Assembly (NCBI GenBank): GCA_030167865.1
Contig: JALAGF010002262.1
Coordinates: 1-32,346 of the forward strand
Length of the DNA: 32,346 bases
Source: Craspedostauros australis
Lineage: Eukaryota
Direction of reading: 5' to 3'
Numbering within the stretch: position 1 is the stretch's first letter; each line of letters starts with the position of its first letter. Below are positions 20,535 through 29,364 of this stretch, piece after piece. The notes under the pieces were generated by a model. It was not told the DNA's origin, did no database searches, and worked only from the letters and a program-made list of their open reading frames with translations. The position numbers were made by a program, and so were the translations under genes.

Positions 20535-21208
20535 GGTGTGTTTGTGTGTGTCTTTGTGTGTGTGTTTGTGTGTGTGGCACAATGATCCTATGCGATATTG
20601 TCTGGAGTAGAGTGCAACGGTATGATCCACAATGACCTGATGTGATGGACTCCTCAGCCTCTCAATGTTGATGAAGGATCGCTGAGCACAAGAGCAAACC
20701 TGTTTCCCAACAAGCCACATCGTCCTGCGTTGAGTTCTCTGAGATCTCCTTCTTGTGCGAACGAGCACGTTGGTGTTTGCGTTCGTGCGAAACGGAATGA
20801 TCTTGTTGTTGTTTGCGTGCTGTGAGTCGTATTCTTCATGGGATTCAGCCTGGAAATCGAAACGGTACGAAACTTCTCTATTGATTACTTCGAGTAAAAA
20901 ACTGGAGAAAGAAACGACAACAATCACTGTGGACACACTAACGTTACACGGATCGTGTCAAGACGACGCGTTCCAAACGTGCTTCGCTTACGCAATCAAT
21001 CCAGCCCGCCACGTGCTGATCTTGCACGATCAGAGTTGAAGCTTTATTCCAGTTCTTGCTGCCACCACCGCTGTTGATTTTTCTTTCCCTTTTGTTAATG
21101 ATGTTCTCCTGTATAACGATGATGTTGTTGGTGTGTGTTTGCGTCGATGAGATCCCCTGAGATGTTTCCACACAAGCCAAGCCAAGGCAAGCCAAGCCTC
21201 TCGTACAC

Positions 21209-22306
21209 TTACTTCGTCTTTGGCTTCTTCGCCTTGGGTGCGCCGAAGAAGCTCGCGATCGACTTCATCCCCTTCTTGTTGACCTTGTCCAGCCTCTTGT
21301 TATTCGCGGTGCGTGCCGACGCCTGCTTCTTGGGTGGCGATTTTGCGGGGCTGAATGCCGTATCGGCGGCGATTCCTGCTGACGACGCCGATGGCGGAGG
21401 CGTCGTGAAGGATGGTTTCTGCGCCTGCGATTGGCTTGGTTCCAGAACATCCTTGCGCGATTTCTGCAGATGCTTCAGAAATAGATCCACCCAGTGAGGC
21501 GTGAGGTAATTGCAAACCGCTTGGATGCTCTCGATGTTGATCTCGTCGAGATCTGATTTTGGGAGTTTTATATCTTGCCACGCGTGGCTTGCCTTTTCCT
21601 CTTCATTGCTGCTGTCGCCCTTCTTTTGATTTTCCGTCTTCTCATTCGCAGGCGCGTCGTTGGCATCATCTTGCTCGTCATCCGGATTGAAGAACGTGAG
21701 GCTCCGCGATCCGCCGCAGATCGTCTTGAGATGCTTCTCCCTGTGCCGAGCCTGCGCGACGGAACGCTTCCTTTGCCGCACCAACGTGGCTTCGACGCAT
21801 TCTTGTTTGCGCTGCAACCAACGCATGGCGCGGTCGTCGCAGAATTTGAAGTATAGCGTCTGATCGTTGCAGAAGATCTGGCACAGATGCTTGAGCTGTT
21901 CCTGCGCGACGGCATGCTGCACGTGGTCGGGGAGATTGCAGACGAGCTGGTCGTACGGTTGGAAGTTGGCGGCGGGCGTTTCGTTGGCTGCCAGGACAAA
22001 ATACAAGGGATCCACCTTGTTCATGACGTAGAGGTTGCTGTCGCCGATCACCCTGCGTTCGTGGATGTAGGCGGCGAAGTCGTTGGAGATGCATTGGAAT
22101 TCGACAATGCTCCTTTTGTTTGCGTTGTTGCTGTCGTTGCTTGCGCTGCCGTCATTGAGAAGCATGTAATCCCTGGATTCCGATGTGGCCGGATCTTTCA
22201 ACTCTGCAACTTTGAATGTGACCTTGTTGTTGACGCTCTGCTGCTCCAGCTGATCGATTAGTGAGGCGTTGCCCAGCGTGATCCTCCAGTCATTCTGCTC
22301 GCTCAT
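21209..22306 (-). CDS. RNASEH2B: Ribonuclease H2 subunit B, 365 aa
   Basis: VIGDSNLYVMNKVDPLYFVL, FQPYDQL, YFKFCDDRAMRWLQRK and the diagnostic C-terminal PIP box KVNKKGMKSIASFF. Confidence 0.9.
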   Translation of the reverse strand: MSEQNDWRITLGNASLIDQLEQQSVNNKVTFKVAELKDPATSESRDYMLLNDGSASNDSNNANKRSIVEFQCISNDFAAYIHERRVIGDSNLYVMNKVDPLYFVLAANETPAANFQPYDQLVCNLPDHVQHAVAQEQLKHLCQIFCNDQTLYFKFCDDRAMRWLQRKQECVEATLVRQRKRSVAQARHREKHLKTICGGSRSLTFFNPDDEQDDANDAPANEKTENQKKGDSSNEEEKASHAWQDIKLPKSDLDEINIESIQAVCNYLTPHWVDLFLKHLQKSRKDVLEPSQSQAQKPSFTTPPPSASSAGIAADTAFSPAKSPPKKQASARTANNKRLDKVNKKGMKSIASFFGAPKAKKPKTK

Positions 22307-22458
22307 GGTTTACTGATGATTGTGATGGTGGCAATGATTTGTAGAGGCTGGAGATTACTCTGCTCCACTCTACGCATGTGTGCTTGATGAATGCGATTGA
22401 TGGATGGAGAACGGATGGATACGATGGGTTGTTTGCGATTGTGGATGGCTGCTTCTGA

Positions 22459-22472
22459 TTTTCGCGCCAAAA
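22459..22472. promoter_or_regulatory. E2F-type binding site (TTTTCGCGCCAAAA) about 150 bp upstream of RNASEH2B
   Basis: Contains the overlapping double E2F consensus TTTCGCGCCAAA and lies in the promoter of a DNA replication/repair gene. Confidence 0.6.
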
Positions 22473-22945
22473 TATCCGTGAATGAATGTCCGCAACGTGA
22501 CTGGCGTTGTCGTCAACAGTTCTGTGGTTGTTTGACTTCTGCAGGTCGTGCACACCGCATTTCTCTGCTGTCCAGCGTTAGCATCATCAGTGCAAATGAG
22601 CAGCACCCGACAGCGTACTACTCTATGTTACAGGTCTTCTGCTCTACTTTCGTAAAGTCCTCCGATTGAAGTGGTGAACTCCTCTCTACTGTCTGCAGAG
22701 AGAACCATCCCATGCAGACATCCTTGTGACTTTCAAGGAAAGATGAAAAGTTGTTGTTCGTATGACATCGGTGCACCTAGCCACTCGTATATTTCACCAC
22801 TTCTTCCATCCTCCCTTCCAATGGCTATATGTTGTTTTTCGTAAAGTGTGTCGTAGATCATTGATGGATCGGTAACCCTGACCTGCAGTGACAGAAGCAC
22901 GCAACGAAATCCCCTGCGCCCACATACTGCTACGTGCTGATGCGC

Positions 22946-23707
22946 TCACAACTCGTCGGCTTCATTCTCCACGAACCCGCTGCCGGTGACCAAGCAAGTG
23001 ACGAAATGCGCCAACAACCCCGGCGGCCCGATGAGGTTGGTGAGAAGGACGGAATGCCCCGTGAAGACGCCGCGCTTCAATCCGTCCAACCAGATCCAGC
23101 GTCCCACGAAGAGATCCCACGTGAGCACGTGCGGCCATTCCTCCGCGACGAAGTTTGGGTAATTCGTGACCATATTCATGAAGGCCGCCTGCGTGTCCTT
23201 GTCGAGATCGAAGACGTTGTTGAATTCGTCGAGGGGCGCCGTGAAATCGGACGCGATGACGACGGAGGCGACGACGATGGTGAAGTGGAGCAACGCGCAT
23301 AGCAGAATGGCGTTGAGGGAACCCATGATCTGCTTCGTGATCTGTTTGTCGGGCAGGAGGGTGATGAGGAGCCAGAACGGCTGTGGTAGGAAGGTGGCGA
23401 CAGCGAAGGCCGTGTGGATTGGTTCGGGCGAAACGCCAATGATTTCCATGACGGCATTGCGGTGCGTCGTGGATCTGGAATGGGTCCGAACGGGGTTGTC
23501 GCTGCTGACGTCATTGACGCGTTGTGATCTCGTGTGGAACGCGGGTGATGATTTCGCGAGTGCTGCAGAGTGGTGCTGAACTTTGTGCTGCAGCCGATGT
23601 TGTGATTGGAATGCGGTCACTCCGCTGACATTGTTGCCACAAGCAACAGCGATTGCAATCAGGATCGCAGCGGAAGGGATGGAACTGAACCGGCTGAAGA
23701 GCTGCAT
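22946..23707 (-). CDS. ABA4: ABA4-like (DUF4281) membrane protein with bipartite plastid targeting sequence, about 253 aa
   Basis: FLPQPFWLLITLLP...T..IM, EEWPHVLTWDLFVGRWIWLDG, HSVLLTNLIGPPGLLAH match the ABA4 family; signal peptide ending VTA|FQS (Phe at +1) then a Ser/Arg/His-rich transit peptide. Start chosen at acgATGc (23707), after the CACAA leader. Confidence 0.88.
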   Translation of the reverse strand: MQLFSRFSSIPSAAILIAIAVACGNNVSGVTAFQSQHRLQHKVQHHSAALAKSSPAFHTRSQRVNDVSSDNPVRTHSRSTTHRNAVMEIIGVSPEPIHTAFAVATFLPQPFWLLITLLPDKQITKQIMGSLNAILLCALLHFTIVVASVVIASDFTAPLDEFNNVFDLDKDTQAAFMNMVTNYPNFVAEEWPHVLTWDLFVGRWIWLDGLKRGVFTGHSVLLTNLIGPPGLLAHFVTCLVTGSGFVENEADEL

Positions 23708-23737
23708 CGTTGTAGCACTGGTGGGCGATTTCTTGTA

Positions 23738-23774
23738 TGTTGTGATGTGTTGTGATGTGTTGTGTTGTGTTGTG
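23738..23774. repeat. (TGTGT/TGTGA)n pentamer repeat forming the CACAA-rich leader of the ABA4-like gene
   Basis: TGTTGTGATGTGTTGTGATGTGTTGTGTTGTGTTGTG; similar tracts at about 315-355 and 20536-20575. Confidence 0.75.
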
Positions 23775-24465
23775 CTTTGATCTGCTGTCGAGTGCATTCC
23801 ATCTTGGCTTGCGCTTTGTTGGCAGATCTTGTGTGGCGCACATCTCCGGACAGACGAATGCCAATCAGAAAAGAAGCTGCGGCAATTTTGTCACAAAATG
23901 CAATATGGACAGAGTGTGTAAAGTCCAATGGGTCGACTCGTGCTTTGTCTGTCGTCTTGCTTCGTCCGCAAGTACCGCAATGTTCGATAACATTCTTCGC
24001 ATGACCGCCGCGTTGACGCAGCGAAGGATCTTTGCAGGTGGCAACCGCAACGATGACAAGAAGAAGAAACCTTCGCCATCGTCGTGTGTATCTGGCACGA
24101 GAATTCCACGAAGATGTTGCCACAACCGAAGGCGACCGCATCATCGTGAGACGCAGCCTTCATTCTCGTTGCATCCTCGTTGACTCGACAACTCGCGGGT
24201 TGGATCAGAGCAATCCTTGCGACAGGAACTCTCGCAACAGCAGTTGAGTAGAGAGGACACACAGAGAGCTTCCACGTTGGTGGCCAAGCCATCGGACAAG
24301 AGACAATACTCGTGTCAACGCAACACGACACGACATCACACAACATCACACGACAGACACTTGAGAACCGAAGCACGATCCAAGTGACCGCACACAATCA
24401 CACACAAGAATCTGCCGTTGAGATTCTCGCGAAGGCGACCACAGCACAGCATAACACAACGCAAC

Positions 24466-26862
24466 ATGACGACCACAAGCACCGCGGACACGTTGATGGC
24501 GTCGCTGATGATGTCAGGCGACGACGAAGCAACTGCCAACGGCGCAGCCGATAACGAGGAACGCAGCGACAGTCCCGACCAGGATCTCTTCGGAGACGTC
24601 CCTCTGGACGATGCCAAGCCAGCTCCGTTGTTCCAGGATGAGCCCGTTTCCAACGCGGTCACGAACGGCGCCAACCTGACACCACCCGTTGGAGTCGCTC
24701 CACCGCTGACACCACCTCCATCGGTGCCGACCGCCATGGCTCCGCCTCCAGCTGCTGCGCCTCCACCGCCACAACCAGCAGCTGCGCCAACGCCTGAGCC
24801 TCAGTCCGGCTTGCTGGCCCAGAGCGGCCTCTTGGATGACCTGGTTGGGGGAGGGGATGGCACCCTTGGACTTGGGGCTGGGGATGCTGCCAACGGCGAC
24901 GACGACGATGATGGCGGTCTCTTCGCAGCAGTCGACAAGGAGGAGGAAGACAAGAGGCTGGCTGAGGAACAGAGGAAACGCAAGGAGCAGGAGGCAGCCG
25001 ACCGATTGCGGAAGCAGCAGGAGGAGGCTGCCGCAGCGGCCGAACGTGCGCGTCTGGAGCAACAGCACCTTCAACAACAGCAACAACGACAGCAACAGCT
25101 CCTTCTCCAGCAGCAGCAACAGCAGCAGGCCGCCTTGATGCAGCAGAACCCAATGGCCATGTCCATGCCAGCGCCCATGATGAATCAGCAACAGCTCCAA
25201 CCGCAGATGCAGCCGCAGCAGAATCCAATGATGCATTCCATGATGGCAGCAACGCCCACATCGGCTGCGACCCTCAACCAGAACATGCAGTCCATGACTT
25301 TGCACAACCAGAATGCCGGCACCGTGGGTGGATTCTACCGCGATCATTCCGCGCAATCAAATGCTCGTCCTGGCGCATCGGCAACGCCAAGCAACTCCTA
25401 CGCTCCGGCGCAGCAAAATATGATGGCCGCCAGCACACCCACTCTGCCATCTGCGAGCACCGGCAACTACTTCTACGCCACTCAACAGCAGCCGCAGCAA
25501 CCACAGCAGCAGCAGCAGCAGCAACAGTTCCGCGCATCCGTGACGCAGCCAACTGTCGGCCCAGGCACGACCACGGCGGGCATGTACAACGGCAACGGCA
25601 ACATGGGAATGGGCAGCATGGGCAAGCCGCGCAAATTCCTCATCACGAAGCCGCCCGAAGTCAACCCAAAATACATCCGAATAGCAGTCACCGAGCCCAT
25701 GCTCATTCAGGAGTCAAACTTCCTCATCACGAAGCCACCCTACTGGTCCTACCAGATCACATCCACGTTGGCCAACAACGGTGGAACCTGGTTGGTGCGA
25801 CGTCGATTCCGACACATCGTGGCATTCGAGGATCGGTTGCGACTGGACTGTCCCGGCAGCATCCTCCCGCCAAGACCGGAGAAGCACGCCACCCGCGCCA
25901 TCGAGGAGGCCAGCGCGCAGCAGTCGCCAGAGTTCGCCCTGCAGCGAGCCAAGGAGATCGAGACCTACCTCAACCAGTGCGCCTGCCACCCCATCGCGGG
26001 ACATTCCTTCATCCTGCAGCTCTTCCTCGGCCTTCAGGATGACATCGGCACGGCCTGGCCCGAAGTCAGCAACAACGCTTTCACCAGGCTGGGTGCCAAG
26101 AGTGCCGGCATGTCCATCAAGGTGGCGGATTCTGTGCCCGGCAACATGACCGGCATGACACCGCACGAGTGGGAGGACCACGCCGACATCCTCGCCCTGC
26201 AATCCTCCGAAGAACTGCGCATGGGAGCCGTCTCGCAGGCCGTGCCCAAGCTCGAGGGCACCGTCACCCTCATCCGCGACCACGGCGATATCGTGGGCGG
26301 CCTCGGCATGGAATACGCCAAGCTCTCCAAGATCGACGAGCAGAACGAGAAGCAGGCCAAGGAGATCATGTCGAACGGGTTGCTGCGCGATGCGCGGCGC
26401 ACGAAGCGATTGGCGCTGGAGCTGTCGGCCGCCTTGGAACCATTCATGCTGCAGTACAAGCTCGTCAAGTACGAGAAGATGGCCTTCGGGGATCGCAAGG
26501 CGGCCCTGACGCGCAAGCTGAAGGAACGACGCGGCGCCGACTACCGCGCCACGCAGCTCATGCAGCAGCAGCGTCAGCTCCAGGTCTCGGGACAGTTCGG
26601 GGCCCTCGACAACTTGCAACGCGCCGCCATCCGCGGTGACGAGATGGCCATGGGTGCCGCCAGCGGTGCCGACGACGTCGCCGGGGTGCTGCGAGAAGAG
26701 GTCAATCGGGTGGCCTACAACCGTCGCAACGATTGGCAATCGAGCATGAAGAAGATCGCCATATCGTGCCGCGAGTCGCACAAGGAACGCCAGGCCATCT
26801 GGGAATCCACCTTGGAGGCGTTCAACACGGCCTTTCCCGAATTGCAGGATATGCCCAAGTAA
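24466..26862 (+). CDS. Sorting nexin (PX-BAR, Vps5/SNX1/2-like) with long low-complexity N-terminus, about 798 aa
   Basis: PX domain IAVTEP...YWSYQIT...WLVRRRFRH...PGSILPPRPEK...QRAKEIETYLNQCACHP; helical BAR-like C-terminus (LREEVNRV...DWQSSMK...QAIWE); Pro-rich, acidic and poly-Gln N-terminal 400 aa. First ATG at 24466. Confidence 0.9.
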   Translation: MTTTSTADTLMASLMMSGDDEATANGAADNEERSDSPDQDLFGDVPLDDAKPAPLFQDEPVSNAVTNGANLTPPVGVAPPLTPPPSVPTAMAPPPAAAPPPPQPAAAPTPEPQSGLLAQSGLLDDLVGGGDGTLGLGAGDAANGDDDDDGGLFAAVDKEEEDKRLAEEQRKRKEQEAADRLRKQQEEAAAAAERARLEQQHLQQQQQRQQQLLLQQQQQQQAALMQQNPMAMSMPAPMMNQQQLQPQMQPQQNPMMHSMMAATPTSAATLNQNMQSMTLHNQNAGTVGGFYRDHSAQSNARPGASATPSNSYAPAQQNMMAASTPTLPSASTGNYFYATQQQPQQPQQQQQQQQFRASVTQPTVGPGTTTAGMYNGNGNMGMGSMGKPRKFLITKPPEVNPKYIRIAVTEPMLIQESNFLITKPPYWSYQITSTLANNGGTWLVRRRFRHIVAFEDRLRLDCPGSILPPRPEKHATRAIEEASAQQSPEFALQRAKEIETYLNQCACHPIAGHSFILQLFLGLQDDIGTAWPEVSNNAFTRLGAKSAGMSIKVADSVPGNMTGMTPHEWEDHADILALQSSEELRMGAVSQAVPKLEGTVTLIRDHGDIVGGLGMEYAKLSKIDEQNEKQAKEIMSNGLLRDARRTKRLALELSAALEPFMLQYKLVKYEKMAFGDRKAALTRKLKERRGADYRATQLMQQQRQLQVSGQFGALDNLQRAAIRGDEMAMGAASGADDVAGVLREEVNRVAYNRRNDWQSSMKKIAISCRESHKERQAIWESTLEAFNTAFPELQDMPK

Positions 26863-27167
26863 ATCCACGGTGCTCTCCAGCAGGCACACAAGCGATGCAC
26901 AGCACAAGAAAAATACAGCCACAGCAAAATGATGATCTTGTGAATACTCAACGATGAAACGAAATACTACGAGTGTTACTAACCACATAAAACAGAATGA
27001 TGAAGACCATCGAGTTATGAGAGTGTACGAGTGTGTGGCCGTGTCATCTTGGTGCTTGTGTTTCATCACACTGTCCTGATCTTCTCTCATCTGGGCTCGC
27101 ACAATGATTCTCTGGAATGGAATACCTCACTCCGATACTCTCCGGAGAGTGCAGACGCCCTGATCGA

Positions 27168-27455
27168 CTACAGCTCGGAGGCCGTACCATCATCCGCGAC
27201 ATCGCCCGCGGCCTGCCGAATGCCCTCGATGACTCCGCTGACAAAGACCCCCACGTAAAGGAGGAAGGCCAGGCCCGATATGCAACCGAATATCTGAAAG
27301 GCGGCACGTTCCCAAGCGTTGAGCATGTAAAGGCCCGTCCACAGATGGATGCGGTAGATCGTGGTCTGCAGCCACGAGTCCGTCTTGGCATCGCGGCACA
27401 TCACGTCCGTGTTGTGATTCGTCAGCTTCTTGTTACGGCGTTGCGTTGATGACAT
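27168..27455 (-). CDS. SPTSSA: Serine palmitoyltransferase small regulatory subunit (ssSPT-like), 95 aa
   Basis: WLQTTIYRIHLWTGLYMLNAWERAAF matches the family motif 'Y.Y...T.LYML.PWE...F', followed by a TM helix. Confidence 0.8.
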   Translation of the reverse strand: MSSTQRRNKKLTNHNTDVMCRDAKTDSWLQTTIYRIHLWTGLYMLNAWERAAFQIFGCISGLAFLLYVGVFVSGVIEGIRQAAGDVADDGTASEL

Positions 27456-28219
27456 TGTGGATTGCGCTTGTGGTTGTGTCAGTGCTTTGTCAGTATTGTT
27501 TCTGCTCTATTGTTTGCGCGAGTGCGTGTCTTGGAGGCACACCAAGGAATGCGGATGGAAGCTGTGGCTGCGAACGGCGGTTGCTGAAGGGTCTGCTCTG
27601 CAAGGTGGATGCGGGAAGAGTCAGAAGGTGTCGTGAAAGAAAGGATGATGGACGCGATGTCGAGCGTTGGTGGGAACAGTGTGAGTCGTCGGGTCTTGCT
27701 CTGTGTGAACTTGATCTGAGTTGGCTTGACTTGACGTTGACTTGCTTGTTTGTGTTTTGCGTGAGTTGGAAGTCGAAGTCGATCGTGGTTTTGCGTTTGT
27801 CGACAACAATGCTGTTGCATCGGGAGGTACGGTGAAACAACATTTCATGAACAAACGAATGTGTCCAAACCAAGAAAATCGTTTGGGTCGAATCGTGTTT
27901 CGAGTGGATTCGTGCTTCTTGCACGACCGAACTGATTCACGGCCAACAAACATCGCCTCTCCACAACGCGGCAGAACGCGCACAAACGAAACACCATGAC
28001 GAGAATTCATCCACACGAACGACCGTTTGGCTTCGACTTTGTTTCCTCATTTGCAGAGACCGTATCTCATTTCGCCACAATCCGACAGATTGTACTTGCA
28101 ACTACCGTATCCAACCACACCCTGCATCAAGCGCATCCATCGAGAACAGAGAGCACTTACATCTCACACACAGACTTACATTGCCTACGCACATTGCCCA
28201 TACACAAGAAACAGACAAG

Positions 28220-29090
28220 ATGGGAAACAAGGTCTCGCTAGAAGATGAAATGATCAACTTGCGCATGACGAGCAAGCAGATGCTGCGCTCGGCGAAGAAA
28301 TGCGAGAAGAATGAAAAGGCAGCGTTGGCGAAGCTCAAGAAGGTCAGCAACAGGAGACTCCATGCAATAGACAGCAATGCAATGCAATGGCACTTGCCCC
28401 GTTCGGCAGATGGAAGAGCGTGCGATGACCCGTTCGAAGTGCTTCGCCTCAGCTTTTGATCGCACACCATGATTCTCCCAACAATTCTGCCCAAAACACT
28501 TGATTCGTGCTTCTCACCCCTGCTTCACCCTTCCATTCCAACCAACACGCACCATCGAAATGCACACTTCTGCCCTACTCTACTACTCGACGCAGGCCAT
28601 CCAACAAGGCAACCAGGAAGGCGCCCGAATTTACGGACAGGACGCCATACGAGAAAAGAACCAGGCCCTCAACCATTTACGCATGTCGTCACGCATCGAC
28701 GCCTGCAGCTCGCGCATCGAGACGGCCGTGCGGATGGGGCAACTCACGAAGGGCATGCAAGGCGTCGTCAAGGGCATGGACAAGGGACTGGCCGCCATGG
28801 ATGTTGACAAGATATCGAAGATCATGGACAAGTTCGAGCAGCAGTTTGAAAACCTCGACGTCAAGACGCAGTACATGGAAGGCGCCATGAACGCCACGAC
28901 GGCCACCGCGACGCCCGTCGATCAGGTCGACGAGCTCATTGGCAAGGTGGCGGATGATAACAATCTGCAGCTGGGCGCGGCCTTTAATGACGCCGGGCCT
29001 GTGGGACGCAAGACGCCGGCCGCCAAAAATCCAGTGGAGGAAGAGAAGGACAGCCTCCAAGCGCGGTTGGAAAATCTGAAGAATCCATAG
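28220..29090 (+). CDS. CHMP1: ESCRT-III subunit CHMP1/Did2/Vps46, 2 exons, about 205 aa
   Basis: Exon 1 28220-28342, intron 28343-28595 (GTCAGC...GCAG, phase 0), exon 2 28596-29090. NLRMTSKQMLRSAKKCEK...LKK|AIQQGNQEGARIYGQDAIREKNQALNHLRMSSRIDA, MDKFEQQFENLDV, C-terminal MIM1 DSLQARLENLK. Confidence 0.95.
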
Positions 29091-29364
29091 ACAGGAGCAG
29101 AGCACAGTAAACGGGTCTCGTGCTCGTTCATTCACTCTCTGCCATGCCACTACCATGCCACTACCACGCATGCACAAAATTGCAACAACGACAACAACAA
29201 TAAAACAACTCAAAGAAATCGCCGTCAAACGATGGTAGAACAGTGACAACTGACACGTGTACGAGTATTGCGAGAGGACGATGGTAGCATCCAATCGTTG
29301 TAGCTTTGAATTGTAAGAGTATTGTCTTCGTCTGAGCAATGAAATCTCCAACTTGCCCACAAAC

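Noticed and set aside
25714..27102. 462-aa antisense ORF over the sorting nexin
   Set aside because: Shadow ORF with no independent coding signal.
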